A stretch of 64,000 bases of DNA, taken from Cetorhinus maximus (Eukaryota). The position numbers and the translations under genes are program-made. The notes below the pieces were generated by a model. The model did not search any database. It saw only the letters and a list, made by a program, of their open reading frames with translations, and had not been told where the DNA came from. Positions 61,081-64,000 of this stretch are shown here, piece by piece. Numbering within the stretch: the stretch's first letter is position 1; each line of letters opens with the position of its first letter. The stretch is from NCBI RefSeq assembly GCF_964194155.1, contig NC_135884.1, positions 55,428,001 to 55,492,000 on the forward strand. The letters run 5' to 3'.

Positions 61081-62538
61081 TCTCAATTTCTGGTGATAGA
61101 CGTCCACCAATATCCATTACAAGCCTACCGACTCCCACAGCTACCTCGACTACAGCTCCTCACACCCCGCTTCCTGTAAGGACTCCATCCCATTCTCTCA
61201 GTGCCTTCGCCTCCGTCGCATCTGTTCTGATGATGCTACCTTCAAAAACAGTTCCTCTGACATGTCCTCCTTCTTCCTTAACCGAGGTTTTCCACCCACG
61301 GTAGTTGACAGGGCCCTCAACCGTGTCCGGCCCATCTCCTGCGCATCCGCCCTCACACCTTCTCCTCCCTCCCAGAAACATGATAGGGTCCCCCTTGTCC
61401 TCACTTATCACCCCACCAGCCACCGCATTCAAAGGATCATCCTCCGCCATTTCTGCCAACTCCAGCATGATGCCACCACCAAACACATCTTCCCTTCACC
61501 CCCCCGGCGGCATTCCGTAGGGATCGTTCCCTCCGTGACACCCTGGTCCACTCCTCCATCACCCCCTATTCCTCAACCCCCACCTACGGCACCTCCCCAT
61601 GCATACACAAAATATGCAACACCTGCCCCTTCACTTCCTCTCTCCTCACCGTCCAAGGGCCCAAACACTCCTTTCAAGTGAAGCAGCATTTCACTTGCAT
61701 TTCCCCCAACTTAGTCTACTGCATTCGTTGCTCCCAATGCGGTTTCCCCTACATTGGAGAGACCAAACGCAGACTGGGCGACCGCTTTGCAGAACACCTT
61801 TGGTCTGTCCGCAAGAATGACCCAGACCTCCCTATCGCTTGCCATTTTAACACTCCACCCTGCTCTCTTGCCCACATGTCTGTCCTTGGCTTGCTGCATT
61901 GTTCCAGTGAAGCTCAACGCAAACTGGAGGAACAGCACCTCATCTTCCGACTAGGCACTTTACAGCCTTCCGGACTGAATATTGAGTTCAACAACTTTAG
62001 ATCTTGAACTCCCTCCTCCATCCCCACCCACTTTCCGTTTCTTCCCCCTCCCTTTTGGTTTTTCCAATAATTTATATAGATTTTTCTTTTCCCACCTATT
62101 TCCATTATTTTTAAATCTATACCTTTTCTGCCCTTTTAGTCTTATTTCACCCCACCCCCACTAGAGCTACCTGTACCTCGCTTGTCCTGCTATCCATTCT
62201 CAATTAGTACATTCTTTTAGATAATATCACCACCTTCAATACCTCTTTGTTCTTTTGTCTGTGACACCTTTTGATTATCTGCTCCTATCACTGCTTGCTT
62301 GTCCCTATAACCACCACCCGCCCCCCTCCCACAACCACTTCTCCCCCCATCCCCCCACCTTAAACCAGCTTATATTTTACCCCTCCTATTTTTACTTTGT
62401 TCTGTTGAAGGGTCATGAGGACTCGAAACGTCAACTTTGTTCTTCTCCGCCGATGCTGCCAGACCTGCTGAGTTTTTCCAGGTATTTCTGTTTTTGTTTT
62501 GGATTTCCAGCATCCGCAGTTTTTTGTTTTTTATGTTT
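61081..62538 (+). mobile_element. 5'-truncated Penelope-like element (Neptune-like): RT thumb, Cys linker, GIY-YIG endonuclease, 3' terminus
   Basis: HYKPTDSHSYLDYSSSHPASCKDSIPFSQCLRLRRICS; PCIHKICNTCP; FTCISPNLVYCIRCSQCGFPYIGETKRRLGDRFAEH...LGTLQPSGLNIEF (61678-62007). Few frameshifts. Confidence 0.92.
62399..62436 (+). ncRNA. Minimal hammerhead motif with A6->U substitution
   Basis: GTT-CTGTTGA-A-GGGTC(atgag)GACTC-GAAAC-GTC-AAC; canonical GUC triplet, but CUGUUGA replaces CUGANGA. Confidence 0.65.
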
Positions 62539-62539
62539 C

Positions 62540-63127
62540 TGAAGAGACTGGTCAAGATAATAGAGAGATCAAAGGGAAGGAATGCATTCAAGGAAACACT
62601 GAAGCCTATGTGAGGGGATAGCTGCTTAGATCTTCCAGAAGACAGCAGAGTAGCTGGTCAGATCTCCCAGACGGCAGCAGGATAGCTGGGCAGAACTCCG
62701 AGAAGGTAGTGTGTGAAGGCCAAACCTGAAGACCCAGTTGCTGTCAGCCTCAGAGGACACCCCAAGGAAAAATCACTGTGTGGTAAAAAATTACAGGAAT
62801 TCTATAGATTTTAGAATCTATAAGGATAGTTGCTGAACAGGAAAGGGGAAGGTTAGCTCTGAGGGAAGTAAAGATTTGCGGAACTGTTTTAAAGTACTGT
62901 TTATTGTGTGAAGCCATTCTTGAATTTAAGTGTAATTGTGTTTTATTTGTTTTTTCTTTATTCTTTTAATAAATGTTTATTTTACTATAAAAATTATCAC
63001 AAGTAGCCTGGGACATCATTTCCTGTTTTTCAGCACCGCTCCTCATACTATACAAATTGCAAAAGCCGTTTTGTCAGCTGTTCCAGGTTTCCTTCGGGGA
63101 TTTGAGCAGCTCAGCCATGCCATAACA
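62540..63127 (+). mobile_element. LTR-like sequence (3' portion)
   Basis: AATAAA at ~62968, ends CCATAACA, and its 3' ~80 nt resemble 1113-1205. Confidence 0.6.
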
Positions 63128-64000
63128 CAAGGTTCACAACAGTCTTGAATGCACAGGATCCCCAGTGACTCCTTTCTCTGTGCCTTTTGAACTGTCTGGT
63201 TGGCTCTGGCGAAACTGAAACAGCAGCAGTAGTCTTGTCCAATCCACAATCCCTGCTCTCCCTGTCTTCACCTTTTTGTCCTTTTACCTGTAATACATAT
63301 GCAGCTCCAGCTAAATGTGTGTCCTCTGGTCCCCTCAACTGCAGATTCTGTTCTACACACAGCTATTGGTCTTTCTGTGTTCTGAGACCAGCAGTAATCT
63401 GATCCAATTAGCTATCTATTTACTCTTTGCCATTTAACTTTCATGCCCATAGCAACCTTAGGTCACGTGGCATTTCTCAGAAGTCTAATCACCCCATACC
63501 CAGGAAAACTACTTCGCCCCCTTTCAAGAATTATCCTCGTTTCACTTTGGTCTTAAAGAGACCTTTTCAAAATAAAATACTGGCTTTTTCCCAAAGTGCA
63601 TTGTCATCACAACATCTTATGTTCAGATCAATAGGCACCTGGAAACTCAGAATAAAGAAGGCTAGCTTCATGTGAACTGATGACTACCACTGACTTGGTC
63701 ACTGGAGGCAATCTGATGGCTTTCAAAATCAGTGTTTCCCTGCACTATGCATCTAATATGAGAACATAATTAGAAACAATACGCAACCTAAGTATATGAC
63801 TTTACCTCAACTTCACAGTGATAAAATATTACTTTTAAACTCTTCTGTTTTGAATTAAGCTTCTCCTGCTCATTTACCATAAACGCTCATAACAACACCA
63901 TCATAATTTCACTCTTGCTTGAAAGCAAGTGCATATAGGTTAACAAGCTCATTAATTTTATTCAATTTTATTTCAAAATGAGATGTCTTTTTAAATTAAC

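Noticed and set aside
1-64000. CRISPR arrays, operons or prokaryotic defence systems
   Set aside because: No regularly spaced repeat-spacer arrays and no gene-dense regions. The sequence is vertebrate intronic DNA.

Overview
This is eukaryotic, repeat-dense vertebrate DNA. The repeat families (CR1 with an esterase ORF1, Deu-type SINE, Neptune-like Penelope elements, many HARBI1-like Harbinger relics) point to a cartilaginous fish; that assignment is inferred. I find only one host coding exon: a 116-nt minus-strand exon (42917-43032) encoding the start of the third fibronectin type-III repeat of an L1-family adhesion molecule, most like CHL1. The window is therefore probably two very large introns of that gene. 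Everything else recognisable is nested, mostly decayed mobile DNA: Penelope-like elements (PLEs), CR1, a second jockey/CR1-group LINE family, RTE, Vingi, solo LTRs, a Copia pol fragment, hAT and PIF/Harbinger elements, MITEs and SINEs. The most notable signals are: (i) six PLE-derived minimal hammerhead-ribozyme motifs from two families, with the only core-intact one antisense to the host gene; (ii) a LINE with no ORF1 whose 5' end is a tRNA-SINE-like head, plus matching head+tail SINE derivatives; (iii) a twin-priming-like inverted PLE; (iv) two PLEs each abutting a related LTR; (v) an H-type pseudoknot in a SINE. Almost all ORFs in the supplied track are TE fragments or noise. No intact novel protein-coding system is supported. 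Coordinates of decayed elements are approximate and were read by eye.
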